Assembly: GCA_963812605.1 (NCBI GenBank)
Contig: CAWEWF010000001.1
Location: forward strand, 512,001-576,000
Reading direction: 5' to 3'
Origin: an uncultured Verrucomicrobiae bacterium
GTDB taxonomy: Bacteria > Verrucomicrobiota > Verrucomicrobiia > Palsa-1439
DNA: 64,000 nucleotides
Shown here piece by piece: positions 54,172 to 64,000 of this stretch. Position 1 is the first letter of the stretch. The number at the start of each line of letters is the position of its first letter. The position numbers and the translations under genes are program-made. The notes beneath the pieces were generated by a model. It worked only from the letters and a program-made list of their open reading frames with translations. It ran no database searches and was not told the origin of the DNA.

Positions 54172-56264
54172 TCAATGCGCGCCGCTTGTATCGCGGAGCC
54201 TTTGCGCTTCGGCAAGCTGGCGCCGGGCTTCCTCGTGCAATCCCTGTTGGTCCAGCACTTCCGCCAGTTCGCTGTGCACCTCGGGCGCGTCCGGTTTGAG
54301 GCGGGCCGCTTCGCGGAAATGTTCGGTGGCGTGAACCAAATCCCCGCGGCTGGCCAGAATCACCGCCAGGTTATTGTGGGCCTTGAACGCATTCGGATCC
54401 ACGCGCAACGCGGCGGTGTAGGCGGCGACGGCGTCATCGGTACGTCCCAGTTTGAGGAACAGATTGCCGAGATTGATCTGGCTGCGGGCGTTATGGGGAT
54501 CAAACCGCGCCGCCGCGGAGTAATGTGAAATGGCCTCGGCCTCGCGACCGCTCTCGGCCAGCAAATTGGCGAGGTTGTAGTGGGCCGTGGCGTTCCTCGG
54601 GTCGAGCCGCAGCACTTCCGTGAATTGCGCAATCGCTCCTTCGCGCTGGCCCATGCGGGTGAGCAATTGGGCCAGATTGAAATGCGCGGTTTGCTCGTCG
54701 GGATTGATCGCGAGCGCGGCCCCGTATTGCTCCAGCGCGGACTTGTCATCGCCTCGACCCGCCAACATGTCGGCCAGGGCCGTGTGGGCGGGGGCGTAAT
54801 CGGGCGCGTGCCGGAGCGTCTCTTGCAATTCGGCGATCGCTTGATTTGTCGCGCCACTGGCCGCCAGCGCGTTCGCCAGGTTGGCGCGCACAATCGGCTG
54901 GTTCGGGTCGATGTGCAACGCGTCGATAAAATGGGGAATCGACTCTTTCGCCCGACCGTCGTCCAGCAAGGCCAGGCCAAGGTTGGCATGGCCGCGCAAG
55001 CTCTCCGGGCGCTTGGCAACCACATCGGCCCAGATGGATTCCGCGCTATGATACTGGCCATTCCTGTGGAACGTGGCCACGCCGAGCACGAACGCCAACC
55101 CCATCACCAACCCGGCTTGCAGCCAAACCGCGGACACGATCGGGCCAGCCGAATCGCGCCCAGAGAGTTCGGCAAAGATGATCTCCTCCTCCTCACCGCG
55201 ACGACGATCACCGCCAGCAGCGGCAGATACATTCTCCGCTCGGTGGCGGGCTCGGTCGGCAAGGGCAGAAAACTGGAGGTCGGCCCCAGCAGCAGGAAGA
55301 ACCACGCGCCCCAGAATCCCCACCACCGACGACGTCGGATGGCCCACACGGTGCCGGCGAGCAGCGCCGCCAAGAGTCCCGCTGCGGGCAATGCGACGGC
55401 AAGGGCCGTTTCTCGGGGCCAGTCCGAATAATCCAGCACCAACCCTTGCGGCCATAGCGCCAGCCGCAAATAATGCGCTACGACCATCCATTGCATCTCG
55501 AAATAGTTCCAGGGGGACAGAGTGTCTACCGTAAGACCGGACTTCGATTTCAGGTTTGTTGTCAGCAGCAGGGATGCGAGCACGACCCAACTCGCAACCA
55601 GCCCCGCGTATAGCTCGGGGCGTGCGCGCAGCGCGGTTCGCCACGAGCGGGCCACGAAAATGGAATCGTAGGCGAGGACGAGCAGGGGAGTCACCACCAT
55701 GACCTCCTTCGTTCCCATCCCGAGCGTGCAAGCCATGATCGCCGCACCGAACCAGACCACCTTATGCGGGGATTCGATCCCGCGTGCGAAGCAGTACAAG
55801 GTTAGCAGGAGAAACAGCGCCATCAGTAACTCCGTCCGCTGAAACACGTACGTCACACTCTCGGTGACCAACGGATGCAGCATCCACAAAAGCGCCACGG
55901 CGTACGCGACCCATAACACACGGCTTTGATCGGCCGGCGCGACCCCCAACGCGCGCCGCACGAATCCGAACACCAACAGCGCGTTGAGAAAATGGACGAT
56001 CAGATTGAAGAGATGCCAGCCCGCCACATCGTAGCCTCCCATGGCGTAGTTAAACGCGAGGGACAGGCTGATCAATGGCCGTCCCACCAGCATGGGAAGG
56101 TCGCTGGCGATCACTTTCGACAGCGGCGAGAGCCGACGGATGGCGGGATTCTGAACAATGCTGGGGAGGTCGTCAAAAAGGAAGGGAACGTGAAACGTGT
56201 TGCGGTAAGCCGCGGCGCACAACAGCGCCAAGACCACGGGCATCCACCAACAGAATTTCCTCAT
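54172..56264 (-). CDS. TMTC-like GT-C glycosyltransferase with a long TPR array (frameshift near 55185)
   Basis: PFLFDD..IVQNP, RPL, HPLVTESVTY..QR, TKE, ERRMYLP, about 7 TPRs. Confidence 0.8.
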
Positions 56265-56380
56265 CAGCGCCTTGCGCTACACCGCCGGACCAACGGCAGG
56301 GGTAGACCGCAATTGCTTTGTAGCAGCCCGCATTCTAAGATTCAAGTCACAATGAAAAACAGGTCTGTGCCGGTGCGGTT

Positions 56381-57538
56381 ATGAACCAGCTCAGCATTGT
56401 GGAATTATTGCGAGATGAAACCTTGCGGCGGCACGAGTTTCCCGTGTGCGATGGGAAGGTCTTCCTCGCACATGCTGGCGTCTGCCCGTTGCCACGGCGC
56501 GTGGTAGACGCGATGAAGCAGTATCTGGAAGCGTGCGCCCACGAGCACCAGGAAAACGTCTTACCGGACGAGGTGGTGGTCGAGACGCGCGCATTGGCCG
56601 CCCGGCTCCTCGAAGCCGGGGAATGGGAAATTGCGTTTGTCGGGTCCACATCGATGGGGCTGGCCATGGTCGCGGCCGGTTTGCCCTGGGAGCGCGGCGA
56701 TAACGTGGTTTGCTACCGCGACGATTATCCCGCCAATGTATATCCATGGATGGATTTGGGGCGCCGCGGCGTGGAGACGCGATTTGTCGGGGCGACGCCG
56801 TTGGGAAATGTAACGGTCGAGGACGTGGAGCGGGTGGTGGACAAGAAAACGAAGCTCGTATCCTTGGCCAGCGTGCATTTTCAGACGGGTTGGCGGTTGG
56901 ACGTGGATCGAATTGGCCGTTTTCTCCGGGAACGCGGAATTTTATTTTGCCTGGACGGGATCCAGAGCTTCGGGGCGCTGCGAACGTCAATGAAGTTTGT
57001 CGATTTCGCCGCGGCGGACGCGCACAAATGGTTGTTGGGACCGCTGGGGACGGCGATCTTCTATGTGCGTCGAGAGCACTTTGAGCGTTTCCATCCACCG
57101 CTGGTCGGGTGGAACAGCGCGTCGAGTCCAAACTTCATTGCACAAGAGTCGCTGGCGTTCAAGCGCGACGCGCGACGTTATGAGCCCGGCAGCCTGAACC
57201 TGGCGGGAATCGTGGGATTGCGCGCGGCATTGCAGTTGATCCAGGAATGTGGCATTGAGGCCATCGAGGCGCGCGTGCTTGCGTTAGCGGAGCGGGCGAT
57301 CGTGGATGGAACGAAGGCCGGATTCGCGGTTCTCGGTGCGGTGGAAGGGAAGGGTCTCTCGGGGATCGTTTCGCTCGTAGTGGAAGGGCGGGATATGGCG
57401 AAAATACACGCGAAGTTGGAAGCAGCGAAGATGACAACTTCCTTACGGCACTGCCGGAATGGGAAGCAGTGTTTACGACTTTCGCCCCATTTCTACAACA
57501 CCGAGGAAGAGATCGCCGGGTTATTTGCGCAAATTTAG
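56381..57538 (+). CDS. Class V PLP-dependent aminotransferase (cysteine desulfurase-like)
   Basis: LDGIQS.G, ADAHKWLLGP, RLSPHFYNT. Confidence 0.9.
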   Translation: MNQLSIVELLRDETLRRHEFPVCDGKVFLAHAGVCPLPRRVVDAMKQYLEACAHEHQENVLPDEVVVETRALAARLLEAGEWEIAFVGSTSMGLAMVAAGLPWERGDNVVCYRDDYPANVYPWMDLGRRGVETRFVGATPLGNVTVEDVERVVDKKTKLVSLASVHFQTGWRLDVDRIGRFLRERGILFCLDGIQSFGALRTSMKFVDFAAADAHKWLLGPLGTAIFYVRREHFERFHPPLVGWNSASSPNFIAQESLAFKRDARRYEPGSLNLAGIVGLRAALQLIQECGIEAIEARVLALAERAIVDGTKAGFAVLGAVEGKGLSGIVSLVVEGRDMAKIHAKLEAAKMTTSLRHCRNGKQCLRLSPHFYNTEEEIAGLFAQI

Positions 57539-57630
57539 CGCAGTAGAAATAATCCTTGTAACAATTTGCAAGTAAGATATAAGCGCATACGTCACAGTGC
57601 CAAAACGGTGAAAATCTGGACGTTTACCGG

Positions 57631-57659
57631 TTGACAGTATTGAGGGCCACTGGTATCCT
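57631..57659 (+). promoter_or_regulatory. Near-consensus sigma-70 promoter with extended -10
   Basis: TTGACA-17 nt-TATCCT with TGn immediately before the -10. Confidence 0.7.
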
Positions 57660-57764
57660 GATTGAAGTAACCAGTGGCGATACCCGTCGCGATGCGGGGC
57701 GGTTCCGAGAAGCCGGGGGGGGCACACATTCCTAACCAAATAGTACGGAGGCATTACAAACATA

Positions 57765-58391
57765 ATGAGACGGTTAACCAAAATCAAGATCAGCGGCTTC
57801 ACATTGATTGAGCTGCTGGTCGTCATCGCAATTATCGGAATCCTGGCGGCCATGCTGCTGCCGGCGCTCAACCAGGCCCGCGAAAAGGCGCGTCGCGCCA
57901 ATTGCTTGAGCAATCTCAAGCAGATCGGCTTGGGCATCGCCATGTATGCCGATAACTACAACGGTCGCGTGCCCCTGGATAATTTGAGCACCCCCAATCT
58001 GGGTAAGTCTTTCAATCTGTTGAGCAACACGATCACATCCGCGAAGATCTTCACCTGCCCGAGCGACAGTTCCCGGAAGCTGACGGCAAGCTATCCGCTG
58101 GACACTTCAATCTCGGCCAATAGCAACATCAGCTACGCCTATTGCCCCTTCATTATCTGGCAGGACCAACCGGATTCGATCCTCGCGTTGGATCGCATGG
58201 CGGACACCACGCCCACCACCTATACCAAGGGCGCCAAGTGGCTCGTCAGCGGCAGCGGCGTGGGTATGCCCGCGCCTCACAAAGATGCCGGTGGGAATGT
58301 CCTGTATAACGACGGACACGTAGCGTGGAATAACAGCCTGTCGGCCCTGGTGGGCACGAACAGCCAGGCTGCGGTTGTCTCCGCGGATTAA
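57765..58391 (+). CDS. Type IV prepilin-like protein (DUF1559 / H-X9-DG type)
   Basis: G|[30 protein letters not shown]...C.SNLKQIG; C-terminal H...[10 protein letters not shown]. Confidence 0.92.
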   Translation: MRRLTKIKISGFTLIELLVVIAIIGILAAMLLPALNQAREKARRANCLSNLKQIGLGIAMYADNYNGRVPLDNLSTPNLGKSFNLLSNTITSAKIFTCPSDSSRKLTASYPLDTSISANSNISYAYCPFIIWQDQPDSILALDRMADTTPTTYTKGAKWLVSGSGVGMPAPHKDAGGNVLYNDGHVAWNNSLSALVGTNSQAAVVSAD

Positions 58392-58407
58392 TACCAGTAT
58401 TCTCACG

Positions 58408-58445
58408 AAAGAACCCCGACGCTCCGGTGTCGGGGTTCTTTTTTT
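58408..58445 (+). terminator. Rho-independent terminator
   Basis: AAAGAACCCCGAC-GCTCCGGT-GTCGGGGTTC followed by a run of 7 T. Confidence 0.88.
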
Positions 58446-58518
58446 GCTAACAGTTGGCCGAGCATCCTGTTAACAATCAGGTTGGGCGTACAGCCTGGCG
58501 AGGAGATTTCATTCATCT

Positions 58519-60309
58519 GTGGCTGACCATCCGACAGGGCGGAACTCGACATCTGGCAGCTTGTTGCTGCTGGCCCTTTTGATCGGTCTGCCCACGCTTA
58601 GCTATCCGCTGAGTTGGCTTCCGAAGTCCTGGGCGGCACTTCCGTTACGATTGCACCCTGCCATTGCCGGAGATGGTTCTCGCAGCCGGATTGCTCGCCG
58701 CAGGCGGATGGTTTGTCCGCGGACGATCCGGAAGCGAAACTGGAGAAGGAGGCGCAGCAATTCTTCCGCCGCGCAGCGTCATTTTGCCGCTGCTGGCAGT
58801 TGTCTTGAGCGCGATTATATCCACTCGGTTCAGTGAGCATCCCCAGTTCGGATTGGCCCTTCTGCCCCGGCTGGCTGGCAATTTGGCGATCTTTTTATTG
58901 GCGGCGCATGCGCCAAAAGACCGTCTGAAGGCGTTGTGCCGCTGGTGGATGATCGTCGCCGTCATCGTGGCGGGAAATGGCCTGCTGCGTTTGGGCTCGG
59001 AACTGGAATTCATTTCCACGCTGGGAAACCGGGATTTCCTCGGAACATACCTTGCTGCATCGTTCGTCATCCTGGTTTCGTACGGTGGCCCGTGGTCGGT
59101 TTTGGGAAGCCTCCTTGTTCTCGGCGCGATGGGCTTCTGCCAATCGCGAGGGGCGTGGTTGGCGCTCGGGGCCGTCGGATTGTTGTATTTCCTGAATCTC
59201 CGAAATCAATTCTTGCGACGGGCCGCAACACGCGCCGTCATCGTCGTGGTGGTCCTGATGGGTTCTAGTTTTCTTCGCTCGCCCATACGTCCTGCGGCAG
59301 TGGCGGACGGAGGTGCGTCCCATGATCTGGAAGGCAACGCTGGAGATGATTGCCGCGCGACCGCTGCTGGGACACGGATTGGGGACGTACCTCGTGGTGT
59401 ATCCGCAGGTATCGGTTGCCGGAGTATTTTCTGCGAACGAAGGCGACCAACGTCACGGATCATGCGCACAACGAGTTGCTGGAAATCGCAGCCGAGCAGG
59501 GCCTGATCGGGCTGGCCGCCACGCTATGGCTTTGGGCAACGGCCGTCTGGTGTGGTTTCCGCGCCTGCCGGCGGGATGGAGCCGATCGGCGTTACTGGTG
59601 GGGAATTTTCGGTGCCATGCTCGTCTTGATGCTTCACAGCTTGTTGGATGTGGATTTGCGATATCTGCCGAACCAGAGCCTTCTGTGGTTATTGATGGGC
59701 CTGGTCGCGGGAGCGGGCACGACACCATCGAGCTGGAATCGGATCACGATTCACTCCCGGCTGGTCCGCTGGGGTGTCGCCGGGGTTTGCCTCGTCTGCG
59801 GAGTATGGATCCTTGTGGCAGCCATCTTTCGCCCCTTGCAGGCCGACCTGCAAGACCGCCAGGCGCGAATCGCCGAAGAACGCGGGGATTTGCACGGGGT
59901 AACGGAACACGCGTGGAAGGCCCTGCTTCTCGACCCGTTTCGTTTAAGCACGCGATACCTTCTGGCGGATGCACTCTCCGGATTGCCGGAATCACAGGCG
60001 CGTGAAATGGCCATCGAACAATGTCTGCGGATTGAAGAACTGGCGCCCGATTATGCGGATGTGACCTACAACCTCGGTCAGTTGCATTTGTTGGCCGGCC
60101 AGACAGCGAAAGCGGTCCCTTATTTGCGTCGCGCCGTGGAAATCAATCCGTATAACACGGAACGAAGGATCGTTCTGGCCTCGGCGTTGCACGGGGAGGG
60201 GCAGAACGACGAAGCCCTGCGCCAACTGGATCGTGTCCTGCAACTGCAGCCCGGGAATGCGGAAGCCGAGGATCTGCGGCGGAAGATGCAGGCGGAACCT
60301 CAGCCCTGA
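58519..60309 (+). CDS. O-antigen ligase / O-oligosaccharyltransferase-like protein with TPRs (about 3 frameshifts)
   Basis: STLGNRDF, SRGAWL, R.MIW..TLEMI..RPLLGHGLG, HAHNELL..AAEQG; C-terminal TPRs. Confidence 0.8.
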
Positions 60310-60331
60310 AATTGCGCCTGCCGTAACTCTT

Positions 60332-60360
60332 TTGACATTCACGGCAGTGCCCGCTACTCT
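60332..60360 (+). promoter_or_regulatory. Sigma-70 promoter of rex
   Basis: TTGACA-17 nt-TACTCT. Confidence 0.6.
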
Positions 60361-60378
60361 GGCGCCCGCGAAGGAACC

Positions 60379-61008
60379 ATGAGGGTCGCAATTCCCAAAA
60401 AGACGGTTTATCGGCTCAGCGTGTATTTGCGCTGCCTGGAGCGTTTTGCCGAGAACGGGGTCCAGACCGCATCGAGCCACGCGCTGGCGCTGGCGGCCGG
60501 CGTCAAGCCGACGCAGTTGCGCAAGGACCTGACGAGCTTCGGTCATTTCGGCACGCGCGGACTCGGCTATGGCGTGGTGACGTTGCGGGACAAGATTGCC
60601 GAGGTGCTCGGCCGCACCCAACTTCAACCCGTCGTGCTCGTCGGTGTCGGCCATCTTGGCCTGGCCTTGCTGGCCTACAAGGGATTCGAAAAAGAGAGTT
60701 TCGAGATTGTCGCCGGTTTCGATGTCGATGTGAAACGCAAACGGCGCAAGACGTACAGTCAGCCGATCCTGGCCCTCGACAAGCTCGAAGCCTTCGTGCG
60801 CCCGCGCAAGATCCGCATGGGTATCATCACGGTGCCGTCGTCCGCCGCGCAGGACGTGGCGAACCGTCTTGTGGCCGCGGGCGTGAACGCAATCCTCAAT
60901 TTCGCCCCGATCGTCCTGCGGGTACCGAGCAATGTCGTCGTCAGCAACGTCAATCTCGCCATCGAGTTGGAAAACCTCAGCTACTTCCGCTCGCTCGCCG
61001 AGGGCTGA
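60379..61008 (+). CDS. rex: Redox-sensing transcriptional repressor Rex
   Basis: RLSVYLRCL, QLRKDL..FG.FGTRGLGY, VGVGHLG, ILNFAP. Confidence 0.95.
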   Translation: MRVAIPKKTVYRLSVYLRCLERFAENGVQTASSHALALAAGVKPTQLRKDLTSFGHFGTRGLGYGVVTLRDKIAEVLGRTQLQPVVLVGVGHLGLALLAYKGFEKESFEIVAGFDVDVKRKRRKTYSQPILALDKLEAFVRPRKIRMGIITVPSSAAQDVANRLVAAGVNAILNFAPIVLRVPSNVVVSNVNLAIELENLSYFRSLAEG

Positions 61009-62135
61009 GGCGGTGCGGCCGGCCCGAGCTTGTCCCGCAGCCACTGCATCGCAGCGAGTTCTCCATCGGTGCGCACGAGTCCAAAGTATGTAAGCACATC
61101 ATCATTACTCGAGCGTAAGGGCGTCAAAGCGTCCAATGGTGTGCTTTTGATAAGATCGTTGATGTTGCTTTTCCTGGCCTGAAGATCAGCAAGGCGTTCG
61201 GCTACTGTCTGTGTAGTTCCATCAAATTCCACTGCGGTTGAGGGATTGAGGTTGCTGAGGAGCGATACTTGGATTGCGTTTCCAACGAGTTCGTTGATCA
61301 GAAGCTTGCCAGTATCGCCTGTTGCCAGCCGGTTGCCAAGTGTCAGACCACTTGTGATGAGATTGTCCGCTGTAGCGATGTCGCCGTCTTGCCGATCTTG
61401 ATTGGCGAGTGCTATGATATCGCGACTGAGCTGACGCGAAGCCGATAGTAAAGCGGATTGAGGTATGGAGTTCGCGAAGCCCAACAGATTTGCAACCGCA
61501 GGCGTGAACCCCGCATTGACGTAGACTTCAATCACAGCTTGCTCGTTGTCTAGCCAGTACATATTCAGCGATGACTTACCGCTCGCCTCGGTCAGTTCGC
61601 CGACAGCTTGTTCGGGCTGGCCAGCCTTGAAGTATTCACATGCAGCGAGGTAGTTGGCCAGCGAATTGTCCGGTGCACTCTGTTTGAACGCTTCCAGCCA
61701 GCGCCATCGGTCGCCGGGAAAAAGATTTGCAGCCAGCACGGCAAGTTGAACATGGGAATTGTCCGAATAATTCCGGGCGGCCTCATACAGGAAATTCGTG
61801 TCATGCGTTAACGAGTACGCCGCAATGAGACTGACGGCGCCGCGGTTCTTTTTGGTAAGATAGGCGTCAATTTGCTCGCGTGTGAGCTCTAAGGTTTCAG
61901 TTGATGATCCAGTGTCTGGCTGTGTCGAATCGTTTGTGGATGCAAGAGTAATTGTGTCGGGCTTGATAACCTCACGGGCTGGAGCGTATTGAATCTTCTG
62001 CGAAACCGGCATTGGGGGCATCGCTGCGGATGAACCTGCCACATCGGGGATTGATTTAGACGGACGAAATAACCAAATGGCACCGCATGCAACAACGGTC
62101 ACCAATACGATGACGATGGTACGACTTTCTGTCAT
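60981..62135 (-). CDS. Membrane-anchored helical hypothetical protein (TPR-like segment)
   Basis: Start MTESRT after a GAGGG RBS; N-terminal TM; APDNSLANYLAACEYFKAGQPEQA; AT-richer than its neighbours. Confidence 0.7.
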   Translation of the reverse strand: MTESRTIVIVLVTVVACGAIWLFRPSKSIPDVAGSSAAMPPMPVSQKIQYAPAREVIKPDTITLASTNDSTQPDTGSSTETLELTREQIDAYLTKKNRGAVSLIAAYSLTHDTNFLYEAARNYSDNSHVQLAVLAANLFPGDRWRWLEAFKQSAPDNSLANYLAACEYFKAGQPEQAVGELTEASGKSSLNMYWLDNEQAVIEVYVNAGFTPAVANLLGFANSIPQSALLSASRQLSRDIIALANQDRQDGDIATADNLITSGLTLGNRLATGDTGKLLINELVGNAIQVSLLSNLNPSTAVEFDGTTQTVAERLADLQARKSNINDLIKSTPLDALTPLRSSNDDVLTYFGLVRTDGELAAMQWLRDKLGPAAPPQPSASERK

Positions 62136-62157
62136 ACTTCCCTCGACCGTAAACTTT

Positions 62158-63060
62158 TCAGCCGCGCTTGACGCGGGTGCCGTCATTGTCGGCGATGAGG
62201 ATGTGGGTCTCGCAGCGGATTTGCTGTTTGGCGAACACATTCGCCATCGCTTCGGCGACGGCTTTTTCTTTTTGCTCCGCGAGGCACATGATCGAGGCGC
62301 CCGAGCCGCTGAGCCAGCCGGCGAGTGCGCCGGCTTCCACGCCACCGGCAATGACCTCATCAAGCATGGGAATGAGTTTCTTGCGATAGGGCTGGTGGAG
62401 CTTGTCATCGAACAAACCGCGCAACAGGGAATAGTCGCCGGTCGCGAAAATCGAGGTGATCAGGGCGACCCGGTTCAGGTTCTCGACGGCGTCCCGCAGC
62501 GGCACCATTTTCGGCAACAGGGCGCGGGCTTTTTCGGTGGAAACTTCGTACTCGGGCACGCAGACGACAAATTTCAAAGCGGGCGGGACATTGAAGCGGC
62601 GGTAGCGCACCGTGCCGTTGATCAAGGCCGAGACGACGAACCCGCCGAATAGCGCGGGCGCCGCATTGTCGGGATGGTGCTCGAGTTCGGTGACCAGATC
62701 GAGCAACTCCGTGTCGCCGAGCGGGCGGTCATTGAGTTCGTTGAGGGCGAAAACAATGCCCAGGCGCACGGTCACGCTGGAGCCCAGGCCGCTGGAGACG
62801 GGCACATCCCCTTTGACCTCAATTTGCAGGCCGTGCGGCTTTCCCTTGCTGCGACGGAAAAAGGCGTCCACGGCTTCCCGCGCCATGGCGTTGGCGGAGG
62901 CCGACCCCTTCTGGTTGTCGATGCGCTCGACGGTCAGCGTGTCGGCCTCGCGGATGGAAACTTGATTGTGCAACTTCAGGGCGATGCCGAGGGTGTCGAA
63001 GCCAGGACCGAGGTTGGCGGTCGTGGCGGGCACGCGAACAGTGACTGAAGGCTTTCTCAC
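62158..63060 (-). CDS. thrB: Homoserine kinase
   Basis: VPATTANLGPGFD, PVSSGLGSS, EHHPDN, DKLHQPYR, LSGSG. Confidence 0.95.
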   Translation of the reverse strand: MRKPSVTVRVPATTANLGPGFDTLGIALKLHNQVSIREADTLTVERIDNQKGSASANAMAREAVDAFFRRSKGKPHGLQIEVKGDVPVSSGLGSSVTVRLGIVFALNELNDRPLGDTELLDLVTELEHHPDNAAPALFGGFVVSALINGTVRYRRFNVPPALKFVVCVPEYEVSTEKARALLPKMVPLRDAVENLNRVALITSIFATGDYSLLRGLFDDKLHQPYRKKLIPMLDEVIAGGVEAGALAGWLSGSGASIMCLAEQKEKAVAEAMANVFAKQQIRCETHILIADNDGTRVKRG

Positions 63061-63321
63061 AGAGACGCGATATTGCATGGCGCAACGAGGCAAGTCAAGT
63101 GGCTGCGGTGCTGACGCGAAGTGCCTTGATGATTCAATGCCCCGGGCGGGCGGATCCGACGCATTGCTGATTCCGCGGAGGCACTCGATTCCTCTTTTTG
63201 AGATTCCTCCTTCGTATTGAACCACGAGGTTTCCTTGATTTTATGGGCAAAAATCGAGGTTGGCATACCCACTGCTATCTAGTTTGCCAGTCAGGCGTTC
63301 CGCAGAGGCAGGACTGATAAG

Positions 63322-63705
63322 ATGAGCGAGACCAACAAACAGGACATCTACCGGGTGCTAATCGTGGATGAGGATGCTGCGCTGCGTGAACTGCTCGCCG
63401 GCTTGCTACGCGCGCCGAACCGCAGCGTGGAAGTACGCGATAGCGCACGCGCCGCGTTGGAATTTTTGCGGCACAATCCCATCGATATTGCGTTTGTCGA
63501 TGCGGCGTTGACAGGCGCAACCGCGCAACATCTGGCGGACAAAATCAAGAAACTCTGCCCGCACGCCCATGTCGTCGTCTGTGCCGGACGTTTGTCCCAA
63601 CCGTGGGACAGCGCGGGCCGCACCCGCAAGGGCGAGCGCGAACTGCGGCAACCATTCAATTTTGGCGAGGCCCTTCAGCTCGCCGATTCGTGCAAGACCG
63701 AGTGA
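63322..63705 (+). CDS. Atypical single-domain response regulator
   Basis: VLIVDED, IAFVD; the conserved Lys is replaced (LRQPF). Confidence 0.65.
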   Translation: MSETNKQDIYRVLIVDEDAALRELLAGLLRAPNRSVEVRDSARAALEFLRHNPIDIAFVDAALTGATAQHLADKIKKLCPHAHVVVCAGRLSQPWDSAGRTRKGERELRQPFNFGEALQLADSCKTE

Positions 63706-63822
63706 AAATGAACACGATCTCGATTAGGGCGCTGGCTCCAGGGTTGGCTGTGAAGCAGGCTGCGCTGGGTGCGCAGGAAAAACCGTTCATGGCGGACCAG
63801 CGCCTCTTTCTTTGGGACATTG

Positions 63823-63973
63823 CCGAAAGCCCACGAGGCTTCGGACTGTCCGCTCGCGACGGGTTGAGAGTCAACTGTTCGAATCCCCCCAACGCCATCA
63901 AGGTCGGCGCCTCCTCCGACCGAAGAACAGCTTGATCTCTCAACCCGCGCGCGCGGCAGCTCTTCTGCCGCGC
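63823..63973. other. Highly structured non-coding element (mobile-element end or ncRNA)
   Basis: Hairpin 63823-63844; ~32-bp bulged stem 63846-63880/63925-63959 with inner hairpin 63902-63921; competing hairpin 63951-63973. Confidence 0.55.
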
Positions 63974-64000
63974 CGGCGAGTTAGCAGTTTGGAAAATGAA

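Noticed and set aside
63877-63898. tRNA gene, tmRNA, SRP or 6S RNA at the right edge
   Set aside because: Only a T-loop-like 3' fragment is present, with no matching 5' T-stem, D or anticodon arm. The SRP GNRA/AGCAG motif and a two-sided 6S bubble are absent.

Overview
GC-rich bacterial chromosomal window, probably PVC/Verrucomicrobiota-like (inferred from an H-X9-DG-type pilin-like gene and an exosortase-associated CAAX protein). About 18 single-base frameshifts in otherwise intact genes are best read as long-read assembly indels. Left to right: the 3' end of a sigma-54 activator; a 14 kb island of eight GT-C-fold membrane glycosyltransferases (five tandem, translationally coupled paralogs with STT3/AglB-like motifs, one GT87, two DUF2723/TMEM260-like) plus a membrane SAM-dependent transferase, directly upstream of a Flp/Tad pilus locus with two sigma-54-type promoters; a general-stress/two-component island (BON, lmo0937-like, RsbU_N-like HisKA_3 pair, NarL regulator, repeated palindromes); a complete F1Fo ATP synthase operon carrying an AT-richer two-gene insert (NDT/TIR-like protein plus an orphan) between atpA and atpG and a Rex/CRP-like operator; Ppx and an Mla-type ABC operon containing an SGNH hydrolase; two TMTC-like GT-TPR proteins; a strongly promoted pilin-like gene followed by an O-antigen-ligase/OTase-TPR gene; rex; thrB; and a highly structured non-coding element at the right edge. 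The best candidates for new biology are the pilus-linked multi-GT-C glycosylation island, the cassette nested in the atp operon, and the terminal structured element. All family assignments come from motif recognition by eye, not database searches.
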